Assembly (NCBI GenBank): GCA_963701785.1
Contig: CAVPBC010000003.1
Location: 320,271 to 384,270 of the forward strand
Origin: an uncultured Bacteroidales bacterium
Lineage (GTDB): Bacteria; Bacteroidota; Bacteroidia; Bacteroidales; JAGOPY01
DNA length: 64,000 nt
Reading direction: 5' to 3'
Notes under the pieces: model-generated
What the model saw: the letters and a program-made list of their open reading frames with translations, nothing else
Database searches by the model: none
What the model was told of the DNA's origin: nothing
Made by a program: the position numbers and the translations under genes
Part shown: piece after piece, positions 18,295 through 28,672 of the stretch
Position numbering within the stretch: position 1 is the first letter of the stretch
How the letters are laid out: each line of letters begins with the position of its first letter

Positions 18295-19122
18295 TCAACT
18301 GATCTCCCCCTCCGCATCTTCCGTCTTCTTTGGCAGCAGGGCGATGATCTCCGAGGCTATTTCCTCGATGGATTTGCTTGTTACATTAATACGCTGCCAT
18401 TTAGGCTGACTTGAGAATATCTGTGAGGCATAAGTACATTCCCGCCTTACATAATCAGGATTGGCATAATCGAATGACGTTCCCCCGAGCCTGTCCTGGC
18501 GTGCTTTGCGCAACTGGGCCAGCCGGTTCGGATAAGTCATCAGGCAAAAGACCCTTTCCGGGGGAACCTGGTAGATTGATTTCCGGGGCTGGAATCCCTA
18601 ATACTATTGGGATATTGGCAACGAACCACCGTTTAAAAGCAAGGTATATGCTCAAAGGTGTTTTGAAAGTTCTGCTTACGCCCAGAAGGATGATCTCTGC
18701 CTTTTGCAAATCTTCAACCCTTTTTCCGTCATCATGATTGAATGCAAATTGCATCGTTTCGATCCTGCGGAAATACGATTCATTAAGCACACGGAATAGT
18801 CCCGGCTGCTCGCTCGGATTGACGGCGAACTGATCAGTCATTCGGTCGAGCAAGGGACCCATCAGGTCGATCGTTTCCACATCATGATGCCGTGCAATCC
18901 TGAATAGCTCCTCCCTGAGTTTGTCACTAACAAGCGTATGAACGATGAAGGCTTTCTTCTCAACAGCCTGGTTGACAACATTTTGTATATCCAGGTTGTT
19001 GCGGATATCACTGAACTTCTCAGGATCTCAATCTCCTGGTCGGCAAACTGGGTCATAGCCGCCCTGACGGCCTGTTCCGCCGTCCGCCCCGTACCGTCCG
19101 ATGCTACAAAAATTTGATGCAA
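18295..19122 (-). pseudogene. pyruvate,phosphate dikinase / PEP synthase regulatory protein (DUF299 kinase-pyrophosphorylase), two apparent frameshifts
   Basis: Translation has IFVASDGTGRTAEQAVRAAMTQF, then HTLVSDKLREELFRIARHHDVETIDLMGPLL...FAFNHDDG...ILLGVSRTFKTPLSIYLA, then RLAQLRKARQDRLG...INVTSKSIEEIASEI. Breaks lie near 19020 and 18540. Confidence 0.75.
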
Positions 19123-19167
19123 GGATAAATTGTTAAATTGTTAAATTGTTAAGCTATGAAAGCTAAG

Positions 19168-20298
19168 CTATTTTACAATCAGTAATTTCGAGGTGAAAAC
19201 CCCTTCCGTGGTAATCATTCTTACAATATAAAACGAATCGGGTATTTTTGATAAATTGAGTAAAACACGTTCAGAATCAGTAATTTTCTCAAGTATAACA
19301 TCTCCCTTACTATTTATTAATGAAACAGATTTGATAGTGCCGTTCCCAGACTCAACCGAGACATGATCCCTGGCGGGATTTGGATAAACATTGACTCTTC
19401 CTTTCAAAATTTCCGGGATATCAACGAAAGAAACATGTAAGGTGTCAGAAGGCACAGATTCTCCATCTTCATAAACACAGGTTACATAATATGAAGTGAC
19501 CGAAACATTCAGTTCATTGATATAATCATAATAAATCGTATCATAATGATTGCCTTGATGGATTTTTTCATAAGGCTGATTATCAATTGACCTGTAAACA
19601 TTAAAAAGCGGATAAATAATCGTATCATTTGGTGTTTCCAGGTATCCACCAATGCTCCAGTTGTAGGATAGGTCCGGATTAATATAAGTTAATGTCCACC
19701 AGGTTCCCGGAATAAAACTGACCATATTTCCATAACCCTCGACTGAAGGCACAGGTCCTACTGGCAGAGGGTAACCTGATGCCATGCTGTTTACCCAGTA
19801 ACCGATCCAAAAATCTTTGGAAGGATTAATTTGAATTGGCTCCAGATTAAGTGTATCAAAAGCGTTGTAAGTTAAATTATTTAATAAAGGATGTTTAAGT
19901 AAGGTGTCGAAGGCAGCAGGAGTGCCCTGATAAACTAATAATTTATATTGAATTTCAGGTTCTATGAGCAGATATCGAATTTTTGTCAGGTAAACGGAAT
20001 CGTACATACTGATCTGGGCGGCATCCCAGCGTGCTGCCGCTTCCCAGGGGCAATCCATGCAGCTGCCTATAGAGTTTCCGTCCCATATTCCAAGGTCCCA
20101 GTCAATCCATTTATCTATCGCAGAAGGCGCCCAGCCTTCAGGCGGGGTCCATAGAAGTTTTACAAGGTCGTCTTCCTGCCACCAGTTAATCGGAGAATCA
20201 TAACGCAGGTTTGTGGGAGGGTTGTAATCTTTGTCCTGACCGTTTAACGTGAAAATAAAGAAAAGAAAAAATGATAAATATATGATGAAGGGTTTCAT
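19168..20298 (-). CDS. secreted protein with a T9SS C-terminal sorting domain
   Basis: Has a signal peptide. The C-terminus VNVYPNPARDHVSVES...YIVRMITTEGVFTSKLLIVK is a typical type-A Por sorting domain. Confidence 0.75.
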   Translation of the reverse strand: MKPFIIYLSFFLFFIFTLNGQDKDYNPPTNLRYDSPINWWQEDDLVKLLWTPPEGWAPSAIDKWIDWDLGIWDGNSIGSCMDCPWEAAARWDAAQISMYDSVYLTKIRYLLIEPEIQYKLLVYQGTPAAFDTLLKHPLLNNLTYNAFDTLNLEPIQINPSKDFWIGYWVNSMASGYPLPVGPVPSVEGYGNMVSFIPGTWWTLTYINPDLSYNWSIGGYLETPNDTIIYPLFNVYRSIDNQPYEKIHQGNHYDTIYYDYINELNVSVTSYYVTCVYEDGESVPSDTLHVSFVDIPEILKGRVNVYPNPARDHVSVESGNGTIKSVSLINSKGDVILEKITDSERVLLNLSKIPDSFYIVRMITTEGVFTSKLLIVK

Positions 20299-20415
20299 CG
20301 CTTAGCAGTTTACCCCAAATATACAAAAATGATAGATAGATATTAAATTTAGACTCTTTGAATATCGCCTGTTCCGCTTACCGCCGACCGCCAACCGCCG
20401 ACCACCAACCACCAA

Positions 20416-22050
20416 CTAAACCTCCGGCCCTGCCTTCACCAGCCTCTTTCCCTGCTCGTTATCAGTATATTGTGCAAAATTCTTCACAAACAATTCCCCC
20501 AGTAAATGCGCTTTCTTATACCATTCCATGGCATTGGAGTAGGTATCCCTGGGATCGAGAATCTTGGGATCTACGTCATGAAGGGCAACCGGTACCTTGA
20601 AATTAAATATGGGGATGATTTTGGTTTCTGCCTTATCGATCGATCCATCCAGGATGGCATCTATGATCCTTCGGGTATCTTTAATGGAAATGCGTTTTCC
20701 AGTTCCATTCCATCCTGTATTGACCAGGAATGCCTCTGCGCCGTTTGCTTCCATCCGTTTTACCAGTTCTTCGCCGTATTTTGTCGGGTGCAGTAAGAGG
20801 AATGCCGCTCCGAAACATGCGGAGAAGGTTGGCTGGGGCGTGGTTACGCCAAGTTCAGTCCCGGCAAGCTTCGCGGTAAATCCGGATAAGAAGTGATATT
20901 GCGTCTGTTCAGGTGTAAGTATAGAAACCGGTGGTATGACGCCATAAGCATCCGCCGTAAGGAAAATGACTTTCTTTGCATGACCGCCTTTGGAAACCGG
21001 CTTGACAATGTTATCGATATGGTAAATAGGGTAGGAGACACGGGTGTTCTCTGTAATGGATCCATCTTTGAAATCGATCCTGCCATTTTCATCGACAGCA
21101 ACATTTTCCAGGAGAGCATCCCTTTTAATGGCATGATATATATCCGGTTCACTTTCTTTATCCAGGTTTATCGTTTTGGCATAACATCCTCCTTCAAAAT
21201 TGAAGATACCTTCGTCATCCCAGCCATGCTCATCATCGCCGATAAGTGCACGTTTCGGGTCTGTCGAAAGGGTGGTCTTCCCTGTGCCGGATAGTCCGAA
21301 GAAAATAGCCGTATCCCCATCTTTGCCCACATTGGCCGAACAATGCATAGCAGCAATGCCTTTTAGCGGGAGGAAATAATTCATCACAGAAAAAATGCCT
21401 TTCTTCATTTCGCCTCCGTACCAGCTTCCGCCGATTACAGCCCTGCTTTCTGTGAGATTGAACATGACAAATACCTCCGAATTCAGGTGTACTCCATCGG
21501 TTCTCTTCATGCTCTGCCAGTCGGGATTGATGGTTTTGGCAGCATTCAGGACCACAAAACCAGGCTCGAAATTTTCAAGTTCAGAATCCGAGGGCCTGAT
21601 GAACATATTCTTCACAAAATGCGCCTGCCAGGCAACTTCAAGGATAAACCGGATGTTAATGCGCGTGTCAGGGTTTGTGCCGGCAAAACCATCAACCACA
21701 TAAAGTTTTTTACCGGAAAGTTGCCTGGCACCGAGATTATAGCAATGATCCCATACCTTGTGGTCAACAGGTTTGTTATCTGACCTGATATTCGGTGCAG
21801 CCCACCATACAGTGTCTTTGGTTTTATCATCCATAACAATGTATTTATCTTTTGGTGAGCGCCCGGTAAACCTTCCTGTGAGTACATTCACGGCACCAAG
21901 CTCAGTGAGATGGCCTTTTTCATATCCTTGCAGAGAAGGATCCAGCTCAGCCTCATATAAATATTCAAATGAAGGATTATGGATTATTTCTTTTACGTCA
22001 GATATACCATATTTTTCAAGGTCCTGCCTGATCTTCTCCATATTGACCAT
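20416..22050 (-). CDS. pckA: phosphoenolpyruvate carboxykinase (ATP)
   Basis: Translation has [41 protein letters not shown]. The start is ATG 22050 or 22041, because the ORF-track start at 22092 lies inside a -7 box. Confidence 0.9.
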   Translation of the reverse strand: MVNMEKIRQDLEKYGISDVKEIIHNPSFEYLYEAELDPSLQGYEKGHLTELGAVNVLTGRFTGRSPKDKYIVMDDKTKDTVWWAAPNIRSDNKPVDHKVWDHCYNLGARQLSGKKLYVVDGFAGTNPDTRINIRFILEVAWQAHFVKNMFIRPSDSELENFEPGFVVLNAAKTINPDWQSMKRTDGVHLNSEVFVMFNLTESRAVIGGSWYGGEMKKGIFSVMNYFLPLKGIAAMHCSANVGKDGDTAIFFGLSGTGKTTLSTDPKRALIGDDEHGWDDEGIFNFEGGCYAKTINLDKESEPDIYHAIKRDALLENVAVDENGRIDFKDGSITENTRVSYPIYHIDNIVKPVSKGGHAKKVIFLTADAYGVIPPVSILTPEQTQYHFLSGFTAKLAGTELGVTTPQPTFSACFGAAFLLLHPTKYGEELVKRMEANGAEAFLVNTGWNGTGKRISIKDTRRIIDAILDGSIDKAETKIIPIFNFKVPVALHDVDPKILDPRDTYSNAMEWYKKAHLLGELFVKNFAQYTDNEQGKRLVKAGPEV

Positions 22051-22089
22051 AGTGAATAAATTGAGATTAATTAATTCGGTTATTTTCAG

Positions 22090-22097
22090 CAAAAATA
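22090..22097 (-). promoter_or_regulatory. putative -7 box for pckA
   Basis: The reverse complement reads tatttttg. It abuts the T-run of the ppdK terminator. Confidence 0.4.
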
Positions 22098-22098
22098 G

Positions 22099-22157
22099 AA
22101 AAAAAAGTCCGCTAATGCTTTTCAGTTATATTGAATAACCTATAAAGTTTAGCGGAC
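22099..22157 (-). terminator. terminator candidate after ppdK
   Basis: Stem gtccgctaa (22107-22115) pairs with ttagcggac (22149-22157). On the minus strand it is followed by a T8 run. Confidence 0.5.
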
Positions 22158-22194
22158 TGACTTTCCCGGTATTTTTCAACCGGATCCGGAATGT

Positions 22195-24996
22195 TTACTT
22201 CTTACCTTTTTTTCCTGACTTAGTTTCGGGCTTTTTTTCCTTCTTACCTTTCTTATCAGCCTTTTTAGCCAGTTTTTCCCTGATAATAGCCTGTGCAGCT
22301 GCCAACCTGGCGATAGGCACGCGGTATGGCGAACAGGAAACATAGTCAAATCCCAGTGAATCGCAGAATTCCACGGATGACGGTTCGCCACCATGTTCCC
22401 CGCAGATGCCGATCTTAATGTGCGGCCTGGTTTTCCTTCCTTTTTTCACAGCTATCTTCATCAGCTTGCCGACACCTTCCTGGTCAAGAACCTGGAACGG
22501 ATCGAATTTCAGGATTCCTTTCTGCAGGTAAACCGGGAGGAATTTTCCGGCATCATCCCTGGAATAACCGAAGGTCATCTGGGTCAGGTCATTGGTGCCG
22601 AATGAGAAAAACTCGGCGGATTGGGCGATTTCATCAGCGGTAATGGCAGCCCGTGGAACTTCAATCATGGTGCCCACCAGGTAGTCGATCCGGTCTTTAC
22701 GTTCGGCAAATACTTTTTCAGCCGTATTTCTGACGATATCTTCCTGCATTTTCATCTCTTTGAGGGTCCCGGTAAGCGGGATCATGATCTCAGGTTTTGC
22801 AGTAACACCGCTTTTCTTCAGGATAAGGGCAGCTTCAATGATAGCCCTGGCCTGCATTTCAGAGATTTCAGGATAGGTGTTCCCCAGGCGGCAGCCACGG
22901 TGGCCGAGCATGGGGTTCATTTCGTGCAGTTCATCAACCTTTTGCCTGATCTTCTTGACGGTAACCTTCATCTGTTTTGCCATCTCCTTCTGATTTTCTT
23001 CTTCATGAGGCACAAATTCGTGCAGTGGAGGATCAAGAAGGCGGATGGTCACGGGTAGATCATGCATGGCTTCGAGAATGCCTTCAAAGTCGCTGCGCTG
23101 GATGGGCAGTAATTTATCGAGGGCTTTACGACGCCCCTTTTCATCGTCGGCCAGGATCATTTCACGCATGGGAATGATACGGTCGCCTTCAAAGAACATA
23201 TGCTCGGTGCGGCAAAGGCCAATACCTTTGGCCCCGAAATTCCTTGCTACGCTGGCGTCATGAGGTGTGTCGGCATTAGTTCTGACATTCATCCTGGCAA
23301 AACGGTCAGCCAGTTCCATCAGTTCGCGCGAAATCACCGCTCAGTTCAGCATCGCGGGTTGGCAATTTACCTTCGTAAAGTTCACCGGTTGAGCCATTGA
23401 GGGAGATCCAGTCGCCTTCTTTGAATTCACGGCCTTCGATGGTCATCGTGCGGGCCTTGTAATCGATCTTTATGCTTCCGGCGCCGGATACGCAGCATTT
23501 CCCCATTCCGCGGGCAACAACGGCAGCGTGCGAGGTCATTCCGCCACGTGCGGTAAGGATACCATTGGCAACGTTCATCCCTTTGAGGTCTTCCGGGGAA
23601 GTCTCAATGCGGACGAGGATGGTTGATTTACCCTGGGCAGCCCATGCTTCTGCATCATCGGCAAAGAATACCATCTGGCCGGTAGCTGCACCGGGCGAAG
23701 CCGGTAAGCCTTTAGCTAAAACAGTAGCTTTTTTCATTGCATCGGCATCGAAAACAGGATGAAGCAATTCGTCAAGTTTGTTTGGCTCCACGCGCATCAC
23801 GGCAGTCTTTACGTCGAGCATTTTTTCCTTGAGCATGTCCATGGCGATCTTCACCATGGCTGAACCGGTGCGCTTGCCGTTACGGGTCTGCAGCAGCCAG
23901 AGTTTGCCTTCCTGGATGGTAAATTCCAGGTCCTGCATGTCTTTATAATGATCTTCAAGCTTTTGCTGGATTTTATCCAGCTCTTTGTAGATTTTTGGCA
24001 TAGACTCTTCCAGTGAAGGATATTGTCCAGCACGGATTTCTTCAGGAATATTTGCCAGCAGTGCCCAGCGTTGCGATCCTTCTTTGGTGATCTGCTGTGG
24101 TGTGCGGATACCGGCAACAACATCTTCTCCCTGGGCATTGATCAGGTACTCGCCGTTAAAAATATCTTCGCCGGTCCCTGCGTCACGGGTGAAAGCCACA
24201 CCGGTAGCGGAATTATCGCCCATATTGCCGAATACCATGGCCTGCACGTTTACGGCAGTGCCCCATTCTTCGGGAATATTGTTCAGTTTGCGGTAATAGA
24301 TGGCCCGGTCGTTCATCCAGCTACTGAAAACAGCCACGATGGCTCCCCAGAGCTGTTCCCACGGGTCGGTCGGGAAATTGTGGCCGGTCTTTTTCTTGAC
24401 AGTGGCTTTGAACCTTTTTACCAGCTCCTTTAAATCGGCAGCGGTCAGTTCATTATCGTTTTCAACGCCTTTTTCTTCTTTGACTTCTTCAATGATTTCT
24501 TCGAAAGGATCGACATCTTCCTTTGAAGCAGGTTTCAATCCAAGAACTACATCACCGTACATCTGGACAAACCGCCTGTAGGAATCCCATGCAAATCGCT
24601 CGTTCCCGGTCTTTTTTGCAAGGCCTGCCACAGCTTTTTCATTGAGGCCAAGGTTCAGGATCGTGTCCATCATGCCCGGCATCGAAGCCCTGGAACCGGA
24701 ACGGACAGAAAGCAGCAGCGGATTATCGGTATCGCCGAATTTGCTCCCATGATTTTCTCGAGATATTTTACACCATCCTGTACTTCGGGGAGGATCATTT
24801 CGAGGGCTTTTTCCTTGCCTATTTTGTAATATTGGGTGCAAACCTCGGTGGTAATAGTCATTCCGGGGGGTACAGGAACACCGATCAGGTTCATTTCTGC
24901 TAAGTTAGCGCCTTTGCCGCCTAGCAGGTCTTTCATGCCGGCATTACCTTCTGCCTGCTTATTTCCAAACGTGTAAACATACTTGCGTTTAGCCAT
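22195..24996 (-). pseudogene. ppdK: pyruvate,phosphate dikinase, two single-nt frame breaks (about 24750 and 23335); probably intact in reality
   Basis: Three ORFs carry consecutive PPDK blocks: [10 protein letters not shown]; [28 protein letters not shown] ... [18 protein letters not shown]; [26 protein letters not shown] ... [11 protein letters not shown]. It ends in an unusual Lys-rich tail. Confidence 0.9.
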
Positions 24997-25076
24997 GATT
25001 TTCTTCTTTAATATTTGTAAATGAATTGATTACGAGTTAATTAAAATTTAAAAATGATGAATTAAAAATGAAGGTG

Positions 25077-25084
25077 CAAAGGTA
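25077..25084 (-). promoter_or_regulatory. putative -7 box for ppdK
   Basis: The reverse complement reads tacctttg, about 80 nt upstream of ATG 24996. The same ggtgcaaaggta context appears upstream of the rRNA operon. Confidence 0.4.
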
Positions 25085-25151
25085 ACAAAATGTTTGAAGT
25101 GACAGGCTAGTCTTATTGTTATTTTAATAACAACAATTTTAAAGATCGTGC

Positions 25152-25346
25152 TTATTTTCCTTCAGGAAGGTCGATTTCCAAATCTTTGCAAATCTTCTGA
25201 ATTAAAAAAATCTTAATATCACTATGCCGTGGAATTGTTGATATCCTTGCATTGATTGGATTATAATAAATAGAATGGTTGCCACCTTGCCTTAACAGGT
25301 AGCAACCGAATGATTCAATGTGTTTAATAAGTTTATTACGCTTCAT
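25152..25346 (-). CDS. hicA: HicA-family mRNA interferase toxin
   Basis: Translation has KLIKHIESFGCYLLRQGGNHSIYYNP...STIPRHSDIKIFLIQKICKDLEI. Its start overlaps the hicB stop. Confidence 0.8.
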   Translation of the reverse strand: MKRNKLIKHIESFGCYLLRQGGNHSIYYNPINARISTIPRHSDIKIFLIQKICKDLEIDLPEGK

Positions 25347-25573
25347 TATAAAAGAGCAACCGGTTCGCGGATGCTTTTATAACCCTTCAGAAGATTTTTC
25401 TGGGATAGGATTTTATTGGTTTCTAATACCATGATCAATGCTTCTTTCAGATTAGACTTTGCTTCTTCAAGAGTTTCTCCCTGGGTGTTGACACCGGGTA
25501 TTTCTTCAACATAAGCCGCAAAACCGCCTTCCGGAACTTCAACATATACAGCTGTAACACTTAAATTATCCAT
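25346..25573 (-). CDS. hicB: HicB-family antitoxin
   Basis: Translation MDNLSVTAVYVEVPEGGFAAYVEEIPGVNTQGETLEEAKSNLKEALIMVLE. ATG 25573 is preferred because the ORF-track TTG at 25597 sits in the -7 box. Confidence 0.75.
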   Translation of the reverse strand: MDNLSVTAVYVEVPEGGFAAYVEEIPGVNTQGETLEEAKSNLKEALIMVLETNKILSQKNLLKGYKSIREPVALL

Positions 25574-25594
25574 GTCATTGCTTATAATTAGATA

Positions 25595-25602
25595 CAAAGA
25601 TA
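25595..25602 (-). promoter_or_regulatory. putative -7 box for hicBA
   Basis: The reverse complement reads tatctttg, 21 nt before ATG 25573. Confidence 0.4.
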
Positions 25603-25772
25603 AGCAATTTATTACCTTAAAAATGACTATTCATCGCCCGGATCCTGAAATTCTCCCTTAAGGCCGCCCACTTCCCAGTCCCCATGCCCCATGCCTCTCC
25701 GCCTCCTTACCTCCCTGCCTCCCTTCTGTTAAAAAATAAACAATGAACCTCCTCCATCTCCCCGAATTTTGC

Positions 25773-25780
25773 TAAGTTTG
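25773..25780 (+). promoter_or_regulatory. putative -7 box
   Basis: taagtttg lies 27 nt before ATG 25808. Confidence 0.4.
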
Positions 25781-25807
25781 CCCGCTTATTGACTATACAG
25801 AACTCAA

Positions 25808-27112
25808 ATGAAGAAAATCGGTATCCGCTACGAAGATAAATACGTCATGGAACGCCGCGTACCGCTGGTACCCGCGCATATCAGGAAACTTATTGCTGAA
25901 GAAGGACTGGAATTTTCGGTTGAAACTTCCGCTAAAAGGGTTTATTCTGATGAAGAGTATGAAGCAGTGGGAGCTAACGTTACAGATGATCTAAGTGATT
26001 GCCCGGTGATCTTTGGCGTGAAGGAAATCCCCGTCGATCGCCTTGAAGCGGATAAGACCTATGTCTTTTTCTCCCATGTCATCAAAGGGCAGCCGCATAA
26101 TATGCCTATGCTTAAAAAGCTCATGGAGATGAATTGCACTTTGATCGATTATGAAAGGGTGGTCGATGAGATGGGTAAACGGCTGATATTTTTCGGGCGA
26201 TATGCCGGCCTGGCCGGGATGATCAACTCCCTTTGGTCGCTCGGGCAACGCCTTGAAGAATCAGGTATCATAACCCCTTTCCTCGATATCGCCCAGACGC
26301 ATAATTATCATTCACTGGGCGAAGCACGGAAAGTTGTTTCGAAAGTCGGCCAGAAGATCATAGAAAAGGGGCTGCCGGCTGAGCTTAAGCCCGTGGTTAT
26401 CGGGTTTACGGGGTACGGGAACGTTTCGCAGGGTGCACAGGAGATCGCATCCCTGCTGCCCGTCAAAGAAATACTTCCCGATGAGCTTATGTCTTTGCAT
26501 AAACACACCCATCTCCCTGATAATATTATTTATAAAGTTGTTTTTAAGGAAGAACACCTGGTCGAACCCATAAATCCTGATGCTAAATTCGATCTGCTGG
26601 ATTATTATCAACACCCGGACAAGTATTGCAGCCAGTTTGAAAAATATTTACCTTACCTGACTGTACTGGTAAATTGCATTTACTGGGATCCCAGGTATCC
26701 AAGGCTTCTAACGAAAGATTTCACGGAAGAGCTTTTTAAGGAAGGTAAACCGAAATTGACTGTAGTGGGTGATATCACCTGCGATCCTGATGGCTCGGTT
26801 GAAATTACACACAGGGGAACGGAAATCGAAAATCCTGTTTTTGTTTATAACCCTTTTACCCGTGAGGTATCCGATGGCTTTAAGGGCGAAGGCCTTTTAG
26901 TGATGGCAGTGGATATTTTACCAAGCGAACTCCCCAGGGATGCTTCCAGGTTTTTCAGTGAAGTGCTCTGGAGGTATGTCGCCCCTATAGCCAAAGCCGA
27001 TTTCGACCAGCCCTTCGCCAAAGTACGCCTTCCCGGCCCGGTCCGGAAAGCGATGATCCTCTATAAAGGCGATTTGACGCCGGATTATGAGTATTTGAAG
27101 AAATATATTTAG
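25808..27112 (+). CDS. lysine-ketoglutarate reductase-like dehydrogenase (alanine dehydrogenase/PNT-fold saccharopine dehydrogenase, L-lysine-forming type)
   Basis: Translation KIGIRYEDKYVMERRVPLVPAHIRKL...VFFSHVIKGQPHNMPMLKKL...LIDYE resembles the LKR half of bifunctional AASS enzymes. Confidence 0.6.
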   Translation: MKKIGIRYEDKYVMERRVPLVPAHIRKLIAEEGLEFSVETSAKRVYSDEEYEAVGANVTDDLSDCPVIFGVKEIPVDRLEADKTYVFFSHVIKGQPHNMPMLKKLMEMNCTLIDYERVVDEMGKRLIFFGRYAGLAGMINSLWSLGQRLEESGIITPFLDIAQTHNYHSLGEARKVVSKVGQKIIEKGLPAELKPVVIGFTGYGNVSQGAQEIASLLPVKEILPDELMSLHKHTHLPDNIIYKVVFKEEHLVEPINPDAKFDLLDYYQHPDKYCSQFEKYLPYLTVLVNCIYWDPRYPRLLTKDFTEELFKEGKPKLTVVGDITCDPDGSVEITHRGTEIENPVFVYNPFTREVSDGFKGEGLLVMAVDILPSELPRDASRFFSEVLWRYVAPIAKADFDQPFAKVRLPGPVRKAMILYKGDLTPDYEYLKKYI

Positions 27113-27169
27113 CCCCCTACCCCTTAGTCCCCTCCCCCAAATTGGGGGAGGGGACTAAGGGGTAGGGGT
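27112..27169. repeat. perfect GC-rich palindrome (25-bp arms), related to the 1967/30469 family
   Basis: cccctaccccttagtcccctccccc aaatt gggggaggggactaaggggtagggg. It begins on the G of the TAG stop at 27110-27112. Confidence 0.85.
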
Positions 27170-27206
27170 TACAATTTAACAATTTAACAGTTTAACAATA
27201 TACCTC

Positions 27207-28544
27207 ATGAAAAAAGTCCTCATCCTTGGAGCCGGCATGGTGGTGAACCCCATCGTGCGTTATTTACTCGATAAGAATTTTATCGTAACCGTTGCTACCC
27301 GCACTAAATCCAAAGCCGATGAAATGATCGGCGGGCATCCCAATGGCCGTTCAGTTGCCTGGACTGTCGAGCAGGAAGCCGAACTTGACAGGATGATTGC
27401 CGACCATGACCTGACTGTCAGTTTACTGCCATATCTCTACCACGTGATGGTGGCCAAGAAATGCATCCGCCTGAAAAAGAACATGGTCACAACCAGTTAC
27501 GTAAAGCCGGAAATGAAGGCACTGGATGCCGAAGCCAAAGCTGCCGGCATCATCATCCTGAACGAACTGGGCCTTGACCCGGGCATCGACCACATGTCGG
27601 CCATGCGCATCATCGACCATATTCACGGCAAAGGCGGAAAAGTAGAGGAATTTTATTCCTTCTGCGGCGCCCTGGTGGCCCCTGAAGTAGAAGAAAACCC
27701 GTTCCACTATAAATTTACCTGGGCCCCCAAAGGCGTGGTCATGGCCGGGAATAACGACGGTAATTTCCTTAAGAACGGCGAAGTCAAGTATATTCCGACT
27801 GAAAACCTGTTCAGGAACCCGCTGAAAGTCGATTTCCCGAAAATCGGGTTACTCGATGTTTATCCTAACAGGGATTCGCTTCCTTACAAAGAACTTTACG
27901 GCATTCCCGAAGCAAAGACCATCATGCGCGGAACGTTCCGTTATGAAGGCTGGTGCGAGATCATCGATGCGCTGAAAGTGCTGAAGCTGATCACCTATGA
28001 TAAGTTTAATGTTGAAGGCATGACCTATGCCGGATTTATGGCAAAGATGAAAGGGGAGACTTCGGTAGAAAATATTGTAGCTAAAGTAGCATCAAAACTT
28101 GGCGTAAAGATCAATGCCCGCCCGATCGTAGCCATGGAATGGCTTGGTTTGTTCAGCAATGAGCCGATGAACAGGACCGAAGACAGCCCGTTTGAAATCG
28201 TTTCAGATCTGATGATAGCCAAAATGATGATCCAGCCCGAAGAGCGCGACATGGTAGTGATGCAGCACACTTTCCTGGCAAGCTATCCTGGCGGAAAGAA
28301 GGAAGTCATCAAATCCCGCATGCTCGATTTCGGTACTTTGAAAACCGATACATCCGTGGCAAGAACGGTGGCACTGCCGGCTGCATGCGGAGTAGAGATG
28401 ATCCTCGAAGGCAAGATCAATGTCAAGGGCGTCTATATCCCCGTGATCCCCGATATCTACAACCCGATCCTGGACCAGCTGGAAACCATGAATATTAAGA
28501 TGGTGGAAGAGTACGGATTACCAGTAAGTGAACGTATCTCATAA
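27207..28544 (+). CDS. saccharopine dehydrogenase family protein (NADP, L-glutamate-forming type)
   Basis: Has a Rossmann start KKVLILGAGMVVNPIVRYLL, then ELGLDPGIDHM. The length and layout fit Sacchrp_dh N + C domains. Confidence 0.7.
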   Translation: MKKVLILGAGMVVNPIVRYLLDKNFIVTVATRTKSKADEMIGGHPNGRSVAWTVEQEAELDRMIADHDLTVSLLPYLYHVMVAKKCIRLKKNMVTTSYVKPEMKALDAEAKAAGIIILNELGLDPGIDHMSAMRIIDHIHGKGGKVEEFYSFCGALVAPEVEENPFHYKFTWAPKGVVMAGNNDGNFLKNGEVKYIPTENLFRNPLKVDFPKIGLLDVYPNRDSLPYKELYGIPEAKTIMRGTFRYEGWCEIIDALKVLKLITYDKFNVEGMTYAGFMAKMKGETSVENIVAKVASKLGVKINARPIVAMEWLGLFSNEPMNRTEDSPFEIVSDLMIAKMMIQPEERDMVVMQHTFLASYPGGKKEVIKSRMLDFGTLKTDTSVARTVALPAACGVEMILEGKINVKGVYIPVIPDIYNPILDQLETMNIKMVEEYGLPVSERIS

Positions 28545-28672
28545 ATTCCAAATTCCAAGCTCCAAATTCCAAACAAATTCGAAAACTCAAAGAATTAAAT
28601 TCAAAACAGTTTTGGATTTTGAATTTAGGATTTGTTGCTTGTTTGGGATTTGGAGCTTGGGATTTGGAATTT
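28543..28672. repeat. 130-nt imperfect palindrome of attccaaa-type words; candidate bidirectional terminator
   Basis: aaattccaaattccaagctccaaattccaaacaa ... ttgtttgggatttggagcttgggatttggaattt. It fills the whole spacer between the convergent stops at 28542-28544 and 28673-28675. Confidence 0.8.

Noticed and set aside
22176-22394. A 72-aa ORF overlapping the ppdK 3' end
   Set aside because: It overlaps the PPDK C-terminal coding region on the same strand in a different frame, and its sequence is not protein-like (it is Lys/Ser/Arg-rich because of the A-rich tail region).
25152-25573. HicAB as a novel system
   Set aside because: It is a standard type II toxin-antitoxin pair with canonical sequences and overlapping genes, so it is annotated as a feature only.
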